A stretch of 64,000 bases of DNA from Parcubacteria group bacterium Athens0714_16 (GCA_007376805.1 VMGX01000001.1:1034-65033), one strand, 5' to 3'; counted from the first letter of the stretch, positions 54,545-62,876 are shown. Program-made: numbers and translations. The notes: a model not told the origin generated them from the letters alone.

Positions 54545-54910
54545 CTAGTGGATTTTTTTATCTTTTAATAACTTTGTATCCACCGCCACAATATCAATAG
54601 AAATTTCATCTTTTATTATAGGAAAATTTCCGTCCGACTGAACAAACAAAAGAAAATTTTTATTTTCTCTTTTTGCCAATACTACGTAATCAAAATATTC
54701 TCTTTTCCCATTATTTTCCTTTACAAAATATGCCGAGATCGCGGAGGGAGGTTCTGTTTTTACTTCAACAATTTTAGTAATATCAGAGTATCCCTTACCA
54801 TTCAGAAATACTTTAATTTCATCTTCGTTTTGATCAGGTGTGGTCCCACATGCCTGGAACAAAACTAGTGAAGAAACTAACAAAACAAACAAAACTGCTA
54901 ACTTTTTCAT
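54545..54910 (-). CDS. Lipoprotein, unknown function
   Basis: Signal peptide plus lipobox LFQAC. Confidence 0.5.
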   Translation of the reverse strand: MKKLAVLFVLLVSSLVLFQACGTTPDQNEDEIKVFLNGKGYSDITKIVEVKTEPPSAISAYFVKENNGKREYFDYVVLAKRENKNFLLFVQSDGNFPIIKDEISIDIVAVDTKLLKDKKIH

Positions 54911-55002
54911 TTGAATACTCCCTTTTGTGAATGAATTTTATTGAACTATTTATATATATAATATACCTATTTAAAAATTCTGTCAAGCTTTTATTTCTTA
55001 AA

Positions 55003-55042
55003 CTGACGTCCTATTTTTGCTATCGCAGAAATAGGACGTCAG
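55003..55042. repeat. Hairpin family H1 (variant)
   Basis: ctgacgtcctatttttgctatcgcagaaataggacgtcag. Confidence 0.75.
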
Positions 55043-55070
55043 TTCTTTACTTTTTACTTCGCTGTTTCTT

Positions 55071-55118
55071 TGATTTAGTGATTTGGTGATTTAGTGATTT
55101 CCTGATTTTGAGATTTTG
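55071..55118 (+). repeat. 8-bp phased tract (TGATTTNN x6) upstream of infB
   Basis: tgatttag tgatttgg tgatttag tgatttcc tgattttg agattttg, then tggtattat (extended -10-like). Confidence 0.7.
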
Positions 55119-55163
55119 TGGTATTATTCTTCATATCAAGCACTATTGTGCTTGTTTTATTTT

Positions 55164-56675
55164 ATGCCAAACAAAGAAGAAAAAAACATAACCGAACGAC
55201 CCCCTATTATTGTTGTAATGGGTCATGTTGACCATGGAAAATCAACTTTGTTAGATTACATAAGAAAGACAAATATTGTCGCCTCAGAAGCCGGTGGTAT
55301 AACCCAACACATATCTGCCTATGAAGTCGCTCATAAGAACAAGCAAGGTGCAGAACAAAAAATAACATTTCTTGATACTCCCGGGCACCAAGCATTTTCC
55401 GCAATGCGTTCAAGGGGGGCAAATGTTGCAGATATGGCAATTTTAGTTGTTTCAGCAGAAGACGGTGTAAAAACACAGACAATGGAAGCATATGAGGCAA
55501 TCAAAAAAGCTGACGTTCCGTTTGTTGTTGCAATAAACAAAATAGACAGACCACAAGCAAATTTAAATAAAGCAATATCTGATTTAATTGAAAATGGAAT
55601 TTATATTGAAGGATATGGTGGTGATATTCCATATGTTCCAATTTCTGCTAAAACAGGCGAAGGCGTTGATAAATTATTAGATATAATTTTATTGGTTTCT
55701 CAAATGGAAGAATTAAAAGGTGATAATTCTAAAAACGCAGAAGGTTTTGTTATTGAAACAAATGTTGACCCCAAAAAAGGTATTTCAGCAACTTTGATAA
55801 TAACAAATGGAAAAATAAAAAATGGTATGCACATAGCAGTTGGAGAAAGCATGGCACCCGTAAGAATAATGGAAGATTTTTCTGGTAAAAAAATTACAGA
55901 GGCAACATTTTCTTCTCCAATAAGAATAACTGGTTTTACAAAAGCACCAGAAATTGGATTACCTTTTAAAACATTTGAATCAAAAAAAGAAGCCGAACAA
56001 TATGCAGTCGAACATAAGGAACTAATTTGCAAAGAAAATAATAGTGGCATTCAAAATCAAAATTCATACAAAACAATTGTTCCCGTAGTTATCAAAGCCG
56101 ATGTTCTTGGAAGTGTTGAAGCGATTAAAAATGAAATAAGTAAATTGGCTAACGAAAAAATTTGTATCAGATTTGTTCAAACCGGTGTTGGTTCAATATC
56201 AGAAAACGATGTAAAAAACGTTGGTAATGACAAAAACACGTTGATTATAGGTTTTAATGTTTTAGTTGAAGACCTCGCAAATCAGATAGCAGAAAAATTT
56301 GAAACAAAAATAAAAGTTTTCAACATAATATATGAACTCACAGATTGGGTTAAGGGTGAAATAGAAAGAATCACACCAAAAATAAAAACTGAGGAAATTA
56401 CGGGCGTTGCAAAAATAATTAGAGTTTTCAGTAAAACAAGAGATAAACAAATTATAGGAGGACGAGTTGATGAAGGCACTTTGAAAATAAAAGAGAGTGT
56501 GAAAATTTTGAGAAGAGATGAAGAAATTGGGACTGGAGTCATTATAGAATTACAACAACAAAGAGCTGACATAAAAGAAGCTTCTGTTGGTACAGAGTTT
56601 GGTGCTAAAATAGAATCTAAGATTACAATCGCTCAGGGAGATAAAATAAAATCTTTCAACATCGTTGAAATTTAA
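55164..56675 (+). CDS. infB: Translation initiation factor IF-2 (short form, G domain onward)
   Basis: From ATG 55164: MPNKEEKNITERPPIIVVMGHVDHGKSTLLD, DTPGH, NKID. Confidence 0.9.
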   Translation: MPNKEEKNITERPPIIVVMGHVDHGKSTLLDYIRKTNIVASEAGGITQHISAYEVAHKNKQGAEQKITFLDTPGHQAFSAMRSRGANVADMAILVVSAEDGVKTQTMEAYEAIKKADVPFVVAINKIDRPQANLNKAISDLIENGIYIEGYGGDIPYVPISAKTGEGVDKLLDIILLVSQMEELKGDNSKNAEGFVIETNVDPKKGISATLIITNGKIKNGMHIAVGESMAPVRIMEDFSGKKITEATFSSPIRITGFTKAPEIGLPFKTFESKKEAEQYAVEHKELICKENNSGIQNQNSYKTIVPVVIKADVLGSVEAIKNEISKLANEKICIRFVQTGVGSISENDVKNVGNDKNTLIIGFNVLVEDLANQIAEKFETKIKVFNIIYELTDWVKGEIERITPKIKTEEITGVAKIIRVFSKTRDKQIIGGRVDEGTLKIKESVKILRRDEEIGTGVIIELQQQRADIKEASVGTEFGAKIESKITIAQGDKIKSFNIVEI

Positions 56676-56814
56676 ATTCAAAAGCCCTGGGAGGGCTTTT
56701 GAATCCATAATTATTTTTTTGTGTTATGCCCTGACTTTAAAATCTCTAAATGAGATTTTAAAGAAACGTGTTGGTTTTTAGACCGTTATGGGCTTTTGAA
56801 TCCATAATTATTTT

Positions 56815-57141
56815 ATGACATTAAGACAAGAAAAAGTAAGGGGACTTATAACAGAGCTTTCTGCTGAATTTATACAATACCAAGCAAACACAAAATCAAT
56901 GATAACAGTTACTGATTGTAATGTTTCTAGTGATTTGAAAAAATCTACAATATTTGTAACTGTCTTCCCTGCTGAAAATGAAAAAGAAGCAATGGATTTT
57001 TTAAAAAGAAAACGAAGAGAGTTTAGAGAATTTATTAAATCAAAAATGAAGTTTATGAGAAGTGTTCCATTTTTTGATTTTGAAATAGATAAAGGGGAAA
57101 AGAACAGACAAAGAATTGATGAAATCTCAAATAAAATATAG
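56815..57141 (+). CDS. rbfA: Ribosome-binding factor A
   Basis: 108 aa, in the conserved position after infB, with the ITVTDCNVSSDLKKSTIFV pattern. Confidence 0.8.
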   Translation: MTLRQEKVRGLITELSAEFIQYQANTKSMITVTDCNVSSDLKKSTIFVTVFPAENEKEAMDFLKRKRREFREFIKSKMKFMRSVPFFDFEIDKGEKNRQRIDEISNKI

Positions 57142-57166
57142 AATAGATTGTGTTTCTTTGATAAAC

Positions 57167-57241
57167 GGCCGCGTAGCCAAGTGGTAAGGCGAGAGTCTGC
57201 AAAACTCTTACACATGGGTTCGATTCCCGTCGCGGCCTCCA
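57167..57241 (+). tRNA. tRNA-Cys(GCA), CCA encoded
   Basis: GGCCGCG UA GCC AAGUGGUAA GGC G AGAGU CUGCAAA ACUCU UACAC AUGGG UUCGAUU CCCGU CGCGGCC U CCA. Confidence 0.9.
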
Positions 57242-57256
57242 TAGCATGTTGAAATT

Positions 57257-57338
57257 GCCCGGGTGGCGGAACTGGTATACGCGCACGACTTAAAATCGTG
57301 TCCTGTATGGGATGCGGGTTCGATTCCCGCCCCGGGCA
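57257..57338 (+). tRNA. tRNA-Leu(UAA)
   Basis: GCCCGGG UG GCG GAACUGGUAUA CGC G CACGA CUUAAAA UCGUG UCCUGUAUGGGAU GCGGG UUCGAUU CCCGC CCCGGGC A. Confidence 0.9.
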
Positions 57339-57507
57339 CAAAGTAATTGGGGAATAAGCAAATTTCCTCCAGAGACGGACAAGTATTTGCTTATGTCGGG
57401 AATCGAATGATTTTTTATGTTGAGCGTAGCGAAACAAAAAATCACGGGTGAGCAAAGCGAAATTCCCCCTGCCTGCGCAGGCAGGGCCCCGGGCACAAAG
57501 TGATTGG
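57339..57507 (+). repeat. tRNA-Leu(UAA) 3'-flank element ending in a duplicate of the tRNA 3' end
   Basis: 57329..57350 (gccccgggcacaaagtaattgg) recurs at 57486..57507 with 1 mismatch. The interior has stems ATAAGCAAAT/ATTTGCTTAT, TGATTTTTT/AAAAAATCA and GGGAAT/ATTCCC. Confidence 0.8.
57467..57486. repeat. GC-rich hairpin H3 (perfect 7-bp stem) inside the tRNA-Leu(UAA) flank element
   Basis: ccctgcctgcgcaggcaggg. Confidence 0.75.
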
Positions 57508-57562
57508 AGAGAAAACAAATTCAAAATGTTTTTTTGATTTTTTAATTAAAAACTTTTTATAT

Positions 57563-57635
57563 CCGCCCGTAGCTCAGTTGGTAGAGCAGCTGCCTCTTAA
57601 GCAGACGGTCGTAGGTTCAAATCCTACCGGGCGGA
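57563..57635 (+). tRNA. tRNA-Lys(CUU), C1:G72 acceptor
   Basis: CCGCCCG UA GCUC AGUUGGUA GAGC A GCUGC CUCUUAA GCAGA CGGUC GUAGG UUCAAAU CCUAC CGGGCGG A. Confidence 0.85.
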
Positions 57636-57778
57636 CATGAAGTGTCCTGCGCGAGAAAACAAATTTATTTGTTTTTGTGTAGGATTTGAAAGGAATTTCG
57701 TTATTGAGTCCGAGTTTTTGCAAGGACGAAATCGAAATTCACCAGCGACCGTTGGGCGAAAATCCTACCGGGCGGACA
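57636..57778 (+). repeat. tRNA-Lys 3'-flank element ending in a duplicate of the tRNA 3' end
   Basis: 57619..57637 (aaatcctaccgggcggaca) recurs exactly at 57760..57778. Confidence 0.85.
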
Positions 57779-57838
57779 AAAAATAGTATAGTGGTCATAA
57801 AATATAAGTTTATTTTCAATTATTTTTTTAAATTAATA

Positions 57839-57868
57839 TTGGCAAACGCTATGTGTCTTAGGTATAAT
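57839..57868 (+). promoter_or_regulatory. Promoter of the LAGLIDADG gene (TTGGCA-N18-TATAAT), probably giving a leaderless transcript
   Basis: ttggcaaacgctatgtgtcttaggtataat. The ATG is 6 nt downstream of the -10 element. Confidence 0.55.
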
Positions 57869-57874
57869 ATAAAT

Positions 57875-58507
57875 ATGGAAAGATTAAAAAAAGTAAAAAT
57901 AAAATGGAGTGCAAATTTCGCTTATGCAATTGGTTTAATTACTACTGATGGTAATTTATCGCCAGATGGAAGGCATTTAAACATCACATCAAAAGATTTA
58001 AAATTGATTACGGATTTTAAAAAATGCCTCAATATCAAAAATAAAATTGGAAAAAAAGCACGAGGACATAGTAAAGAAAAAAAATATTTTGTTGTACAAT
58101 TTGGAGATGTTAATTTTTATGAGTTTTTGTTATCTATAGGATTAATGGCAGCAAAATCAAAAACATTATCTAAAATAGATATACCTAAAAAATATTTTGT
58201 TGATTTTTTAAGAGGATGTATAGACGGGGATGGGAATATTAGTATAAGTTATCATCCAGAAAGTAAACACCCGCAATTAAAAATAAGATTGGCTTCTGCA
58301 AGTTTAAATTTTCTTGAGTGGATTGAGAATGAAGTTTATAAACATATAAAAACAAACGGTGGTTGGATTTCTAAAGATAAATCAGTGTTTACTCTAAATT
58401 ATGCTAAAAAGGACTCTGTTAAATTATTAAAATTCATGTATTATAAAGGAGATTATTATTATTTAAAAAGAAAGTATCGGATTGGAAGAATGTTCTTAAA
58501 TAAATAA
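57875..58507 (+). CDS. Free-standing LAGLIDADG homing endonuclease (double motif)
   Basis: FAYAIGLITTDGNL and FLRGCIDGDGNI motifs. ATG 57875 lies 6 nt after TATAAT (57863-57868), so the mRNA is probably leaderless. The track start at 57686 overlaps tRNA-flank sequence and is rejected. Confidence 0.8.
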   Translation: MERLKKVKIKWSANFAYAIGLITTDGNLSPDGRHLNITSKDLKLITDFKKCLNIKNKIGKKARGHSKEKKYFVVQFGDVNFYEFLLSIGLMAAKSKTLSKIDIPKKYFVDFLRGCIDGDGNISISYHPESKHPQLKIRLASASLNFLEWIENEVYKHIKTNGGWISKDKSVFTLNYAKKDSVKLLKFMYYKGDYYYLKRKYRIGRMFLNK

Positions 58508-58526
58508 TTGGTTTTTAATGTTTTAT

Positions 58527-58607
58527 GCCGGGGTGGCGAAATGGTAGACGCGCTACGCTTAGGACGTAGTTTCGAAAGGAGTGGAGGTTCAAGTCCTCTC
58601 CCCGGCA
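58527..58607 (+). tRNA. tRNA-Leu(UAG)
   Basis: GCCGGGG UG GCG AAAUGGUAGA CGC G CUACG CUUAGGA CGUAG UUUCGAAAGGAGU GGAGG UUCAAGU CCUCU CCCCGGC A. Confidence 0.9.
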
Positions 58608-58758
58608 CATGAACGAAGTGAGAGTGACGAGAGTAAACAAATTTATTTGTTTGCGAGAGAGGATTTGAAAATCTTTTCGTTATTTATGAAGAGCTTTGCT
58701 CTGAATAAATCGAAAAGATGAACAGAATCTGTAAGATTCAAGTCCTCTCCCCGGCACC
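58608..58758 (+). repeat. tRNA-Leu(UAG) 3'-flank element ending in a duplicate of the tRNA 3' end (distal copy followed by CCA)
   Basis: 58588..58608 (ttcaagtcctctccccggcac) recurs exactly at 58738..58758. Homologous to the Lys element. Confidence 0.85.
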
Positions 58759-58811
58759 AGTAGTAACTTGTTGAAAATTGAAAATTAAAAAATTAAAATA
58801 AGAAATTTGCT

Positions 58812-58834
58812 TTGGCAAACGCTATGTGTCTTAG
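58812..58834 (+). promoter_or_regulatory. Second copy of the 23-nt promoter-like box, with no gene behind it
   Basis: ttggcaaacgctatgtgtcttag is identical to 57839..57861, followed by catatag. Confidence 0.4.
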
Positions 58835-58898
58835 CATATAGAAACAATCTTAGCAAAAAATAAGCTTAATTGAAAGATTTGAATGTTCTTTAAAAAAC

Positions 58899-58925
58899 AA
58901 AATCCGCATAATGCGGATTTTGTTT
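58899..58925. terminator. Hairpin terminator between the tRNA cluster and the pilin-like array
   Basis: aaaatccgcat aa tgcggatttt with flanking A/T runs. Confidence 0.65.
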
Positions 58926-58949
58926 TTAAATTTCAAATTTAAATTTTGT

Positions 58950-59186
58950 TTATGCTCCTATTGTATTTTTTATGATTCCTATAATCCCATAAACAGCAAA
59001 CATGATAAACATCCCGACTATTCCCCATATCATATGTTGCTTACCCTGTTCTCTTTGTTCATCACTATCAGCCTTTATAACATACTGGGTAACTCCCCAG
59101 ATGAAATAAATCAGCGCAAAAACAAAAAGTAAGAGTATTATCGGATTTATTATTTGATCACTTATTTTATTCAATAGGTCTGTCAT
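58950..59186 (-). CDS. TrbC/VirB2-like small two-TM protein (paralog 1, no signal peptide)
   Basis: Shares ...A.SDEQREQGKQHMIWGIVGMFIMF with the five genes upstream. Confidence 0.5.
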   Translation of the reverse strand: MTDLLNKISDQIINPIILLLFVFALIYFIWGVTQYVIKADSDEQREQGKQHMIWGIVGMFIMFAVYGIIGIIKNTIGA

Positions 59187-59226
59187 AAATATATAATTTC
59201 TATAAGCCTAAGACTTTTATACTTTT

Positions 59227-59583
59227 CTAGTAGGTTGTGCCTGGAAGTGTAACAGTTGTGTCTGCGTCTCCTGGTACTTCAAGTGTTCCTTGTAGTAAGT
59301 AAACTACTCCCCAGACTGAAACCATAACAAACAAAGCAATTATCCCGTATATCATTATGCTTTTTCCTTCCTTTGCTTTTGCTTCATCTCCCGCATTCAA
59401 GATATATTGTGCAAGGCCGTAGAAGAAATATAGAAGAGCCAATGTCATAATTATAGGAACAAGTGTATCAATCCATCCTCCTACTTTTTCAATTATAGTC
59501 AATGGAGCATTATCATTAGTAACAGCAAGAGTAACAAATGGTAATAAAAACGCCATTGAAGATATTGATAGTATTTTTTTCAT
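59227..59583 (-). CDS. TrbC/VirB2-like small membrane protein (paralog 2)
   Basis: Signal peptide, TM, NAGDEAKAKEGKSIMIYGIIALFVMVSVWG. Confidence 0.55.
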   Translation of the reverse strand: MKKILSISSMAFLLPFVTLAVTNDNAPLTIIEKVGGWIDTLVPIIMTLALLYFFYGLAQYILNAGDEAKAKEGKSIMIYGIIALFVMVSVWGVVYLLQGTLEVPGDADTTVTLPGTTY

Positions 59584-59656
59584 AATTATTATTATTTACT
59601 AATTGTTAATTTAAATTTTACGACCTTTTTTATTTTACACAATAACGTGTTAATAA

Positions 59657-60004
59657 TTAATCGACTTGTATGGTTGGAACTGTCGGCGATATTGATTCTG
59701 TTACTCCAAACGTTCTCTGTAGAAAACCAACCAATCCCCACACTGAAATCATAACAAACAAGGCAATTATTCCATATATCATTATGCTTTTCCCTTCTTT
59801 TGCTTTTGATTCGTCCCCCGCATTCATAATATATGTTGCAAGACCATAAAAGAAGTATAAAAGGGCTAAGGTCATAACTATGGGAACAAGCGCTTCAACC
59901 CATGCTTGTAATTTCCCAATCAAAGTTTCGGCCGTTGTTGAATCGGCTGCAAATAAAAATAATGGAGCTAAAAAAATTGATGATACTAAAGCTATTTTTT
60001 TCAT
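59657..60004 (-). CDS. TrbC/VirB2-like small membrane protein (paralog 3)
   Basis: From ATG 60002-60004 (MKKIALVSS). NAGDESKAKEGKSIMIYGIIALFVMISVWG is nearly identical to the core of paralog 2. Confidence 0.55.
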   Translation of the reverse strand: MKKIALVSSIFLAPLFLFAADSTTAETLIGKLQAWVEALVPIVMTLALLYFFYGLATYIMNAGDESKAKEGKSIMIYGIIALFVMISVWGLVGFLQRTFGVTESISPTVPTIQVD

Positions 60005-60177
60005 AATATTTTTGTGTTTTTTTAACACATTTTTGATTAAAATCTCCTAATTTTTTTATCAAAAGATTATATTAATAATAATGTAATAAAGCCCTTTAAT
60101 CAATAATAAACTGTGGATTAAACAGACATAATTCTTTAAAATCTCATTAAGAGATTTTAAAGTCAAAGATTTTCAAA

Positions 60178-60492
60178 CTAAATACCAAATGTTTTTCTGA
60201 GAACACCCACCAGCGCCCAAATCGAGAAAATAACAAACAAACCAACTACCCCATAAAGCATTTTATTTCTACCCTCTTCTAATGCCTTCGTATCTCCTGC
60301 AGAACGAATAAATTCTGTAAGACCAAACAAAAACCATAAAAAAGAAAGACTGATTAGCAATGGAACAATAGAATTAATTAAAAGTTCTGCCGTGCTGTTT
60401 GCTATCTCTTTAAAATTACTTCCCGTTATAGTTGCCGCGCCAACAATCGAAGGTATCGTAAAAGAAAAAATGAGTAAGATTATTTTTTTCAT
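60178..60492 (-). CDS. TrbC/VirB2-like small membrane protein (paralog 4)
   Basis: Signal peptide, SAGDTKALEEGRNKMLYGVVGLFVIFSIWA. Confidence 0.55.
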   Translation of the reverse strand: MKKIILLIFSFTIPSIVGAATITGSNFKEIANSTAELLINSIVPLLISLSFLWFLFGLTEFIRSAGDTKALEEGRNKMLYGVVGLFVIFSIWALVGVLRKTFGI

Positions 60493-60562
60493 GATTTTGA
60501 TATATTGTAAATATTAAAAAATTTAACACCCTCCTTTAAAAGCTCTGGACGAGCTTTTAAAG

Positions 60563-60937
60563 TTATTTAAGATTATTAATAGTTCCACTAACAACAGCAG
60601 CTATCAAATTTGCCCCCAAAATAACAGCCGCGCCAATAACAACATAAAGTAATATTTCTTTTGCTTTTGTTATTTCTTCTGGCTTCCCCTGGGCCTTCAC
60701 AAACAAAAAACCAGCATAAATTATAAAAAATATAATTACCACACTACCTATGGGTGTCACTATATCTGTCAAAATTTTTGTTATTAGAGCCGGAACGGTT
60801 TTGGTTGTGCCCAGCGGATTAGTTAATTGTCCTGTCACATTTACATCCTCAGCATTAGCCCAGTATAAAGGAAAAAGCAACAAAAAAGATGCCATGCCCC
60901 ATGCTACTATTTTAATTTTTTCTATTTTAAAATACAT
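60563..60937 (-). CDS. TrbC/VirB2-like small membrane protein (paralog 5)
   Basis: AQGKPEEITKAKEILLYVVIGAAVILGA. Same architecture, more divergent. Confidence 0.5.
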   Translation of the reverse strand: MYFKIEKIKIVAWGMASFLLLFPLYWANAEDVNVTGQLTNPLGTTKTVPALITKILTDIVTPIGSVVIIFFIIYAGFLFVKAQGKPEEITKAKEILLYVVIGAAVILGANLIAAVVSGTINNLK

Positions 60938-60989
60938 ATTTTTTAATTGTTAAATCTATTAATTTAAATTAAATATTGTGAGTTAAATA

Positions 60990-61415
60990 TTATTTTAAAA
61001 CTTTTAAATAACTACCATCAATAAGTAATGCGTTCGCAATTGTATTAACGATAAGCCACGCAGCTAAAACTATAATAAATCCTATTAAAACATTCAAAAA
61101 AATTGTATGGGCTTTTTCTATTTGTCCCGGTTTCCCGCCGGCTGTTAAATATAAAACACCTGCATATGTAAACATTCCTACCGCAATTGGAGCAGCTATA
61201 TAAAAGGCAAATGTCATTATATTTTGAACAAGTGTTATCATGTCATTAAAACCACATCCACCGTTTGCATTTGTGCAAGTAGAAGCATCAATTATACCAT
61301 TTGGTGGTGGCGGAGCAGTTTCTGTCGCAAATAAGATAACTGGACTAAGTAATATAAATAACAAAACCAAAAACATTGGCAAAAAAAAGAGAATTTTTTT
61401 ATTTTTATTTATCAT
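60990..61415 (-). CDS. TrbC/VirB2-like small membrane protein (paralog 6)
   Basis: TAGGKPGQIEKAHTIFLNVLIGFIIVLAAW. Same architecture, with a Cys pair in the exposed segment. Confidence 0.5.
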   Translation of the reverse strand: MINKNKKILFFLPMFLVLLFILLSPVILFATETAPPPPNGIIDASTCTNANGGCGFNDMITLVQNIMTFAFYIAAPIAVGMFTYAGVLYLTAGGKPGQIEKAHTIFLNVLIGFIIVLAAWLIVNTIANALLIDGSYLKVLK

Positions 61416-61438
61416 ATTTTTAATTTATTTTGTAAATA

Positions 61439-62776
61439 TTATCGGCTTATGGGCTCTCCAGAAATTTTTGATGTCAAATTTTGTATCTCCATACTTGCTC
61501 TTTTAATAGAATCACTCACTCTAAATCTACTGGAAGTAACATTTTCAATCATATCTTTAAATATTGTGTTTGTCTCCGTAGAACTTGGATCCAACCAAGC
61601 CTTACCAATTATAGCAGAATCATAAAAAACACCCCTGTATGCATCTACCTGTTTTTCAGCAAGCAATGTTCTTTTTACTGGAGGCAAATTAAAATATTTG
61701 CTAAACAATAAAGAAGCATCGTCTCCAATTAAATAGCCGGCCACATTTATAACACTAGTTACATTAGCAGAACTTTTTAAAGCCGCTATGGCATTCATAT
61801 TTGCAAATGTTTTGTTTATTTTACTATTTCTTATTTGTGGTAATTTTGCTACATCAAAATTAAGGTTTGGATTTTTTTGTCTTAACACATTCAACTCGCT
61901 TGAAAAACCAAAATAAAATGCAAGATTACCAGCCAAAAATTCTTTTGAAGAATTACTGATTGATCTATTCCACGTATACATTTCCTTTGATGGATTTGAA
62001 AACTCGGTATAAAATCTAATTGCTGATTCTGTCGCGGGTACAACATTTCCTGTTTTTTCATCCAGCGCACTCTGAACTTTATTGTTAATATTTCTTGTTG
62101 TTACTAAATTACCGGCTTGCATAATTAATGCAGAAATAATTTCTTTAGCATTGTTAACATTGCTAAATTCACCGAATGCAATTGTTTCTCTCTGTAAATT
62201 TTGTGCATTATCTTTTAGAGTAATTTTTTTGACCATTGAATAAATTTCATCCCAATATACCGGCGGTTTAACAATTCCCGCATTTGATAACATATCTCTA
62301 TTCCAATACATAACCAGTGGGTCAATCGTAATTGGAAATGCTATAACGCCTTCATTGTTTAAAAAAATCTCTGCACCTTCTACAAAACTATCTTTAAAAT
62401 TTCTTTCAGAAAAACTAGAAAATGGAATACTAAATATTTTATTTTCGTATTTTAAAATTTTATCCTGAGAAAGAATAATCGCGTCTGGCCCAACACCTGA
62501 GGCAATGGCCTCTATTAATTGGCTATCAAAATTTTCTTTATCAATTTGTTTGTAGTTTATTTTAAATGGTGTTAAATCACTTGATCCAATTTCATTTGAA
62601 ATTTGATTGAATGTGTTTTTGTCCATTGTACCCCACAAAGATATTTCTGCCGTAATGATGCCCGAGTTTGGTTTTTGTGTCGCAAAGAAAATAACGCCAA
62701 TGACGGCAAAAACTGCGAAAACTGCAATTACTATTGTTTGAAAATTTTTCACCCCGTTAGAGATAGAGAGCCCCAA
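61439..62776 (-). CDS. Membrane-anchored extracellular solute-binding-protein-like protein
   Basis: N-terminal TM anchor, then a ~400-aa periplasmic-binding-protein-like sequence. Assignment is by overall pattern only. Confidence 0.5.
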   Translation of the reverse strand: MGLSISNGVKNFQTIVIAVFAVFAVIGVIFFATQKPNSGIITAEISLWGTMDKNTFNQISNEIGSSDLTPFKINYKQIDKENFDSQLIEAIASGVGPDAIILSQDKILKYENKIFSIPFSSFSERNFKDSFVEGAEIFLNNEGVIAFPITIDPLVMYWNRDMLSNAGIVKPPVYWDEIYSMVKKITLKDNAQNLQRETIAFGEFSNVNNAKEIISALIMQAGNLVTTRNINNKVQSALDEKTGNVVPATESAIRFYTEFSNPSKEMYTWNRSISNSSKEFLAGNLAFYFGFSSELNVLRQKNPNLNFDVAKLPQIRNSKINKTFANMNAIAALKSSANVTSVINVAGYLIGDDASLLFSKYFNLPPVKRTLLAEKQVDAYRGVFYDSAIIGKAWLDPSSTETNTIFKDMIENVTSSRFRVSDSIKRASMEIQNLTSKISGEPISR

Positions 62777-62876
62777 GCTCTCGTTGATTAATTAATAAAT
62801 TGCGACTTTTTAATTTAATTTTATATTTATTCATTATATTTGATAAATTATTACTCTGTGCAATCTCTAGCGGGGT

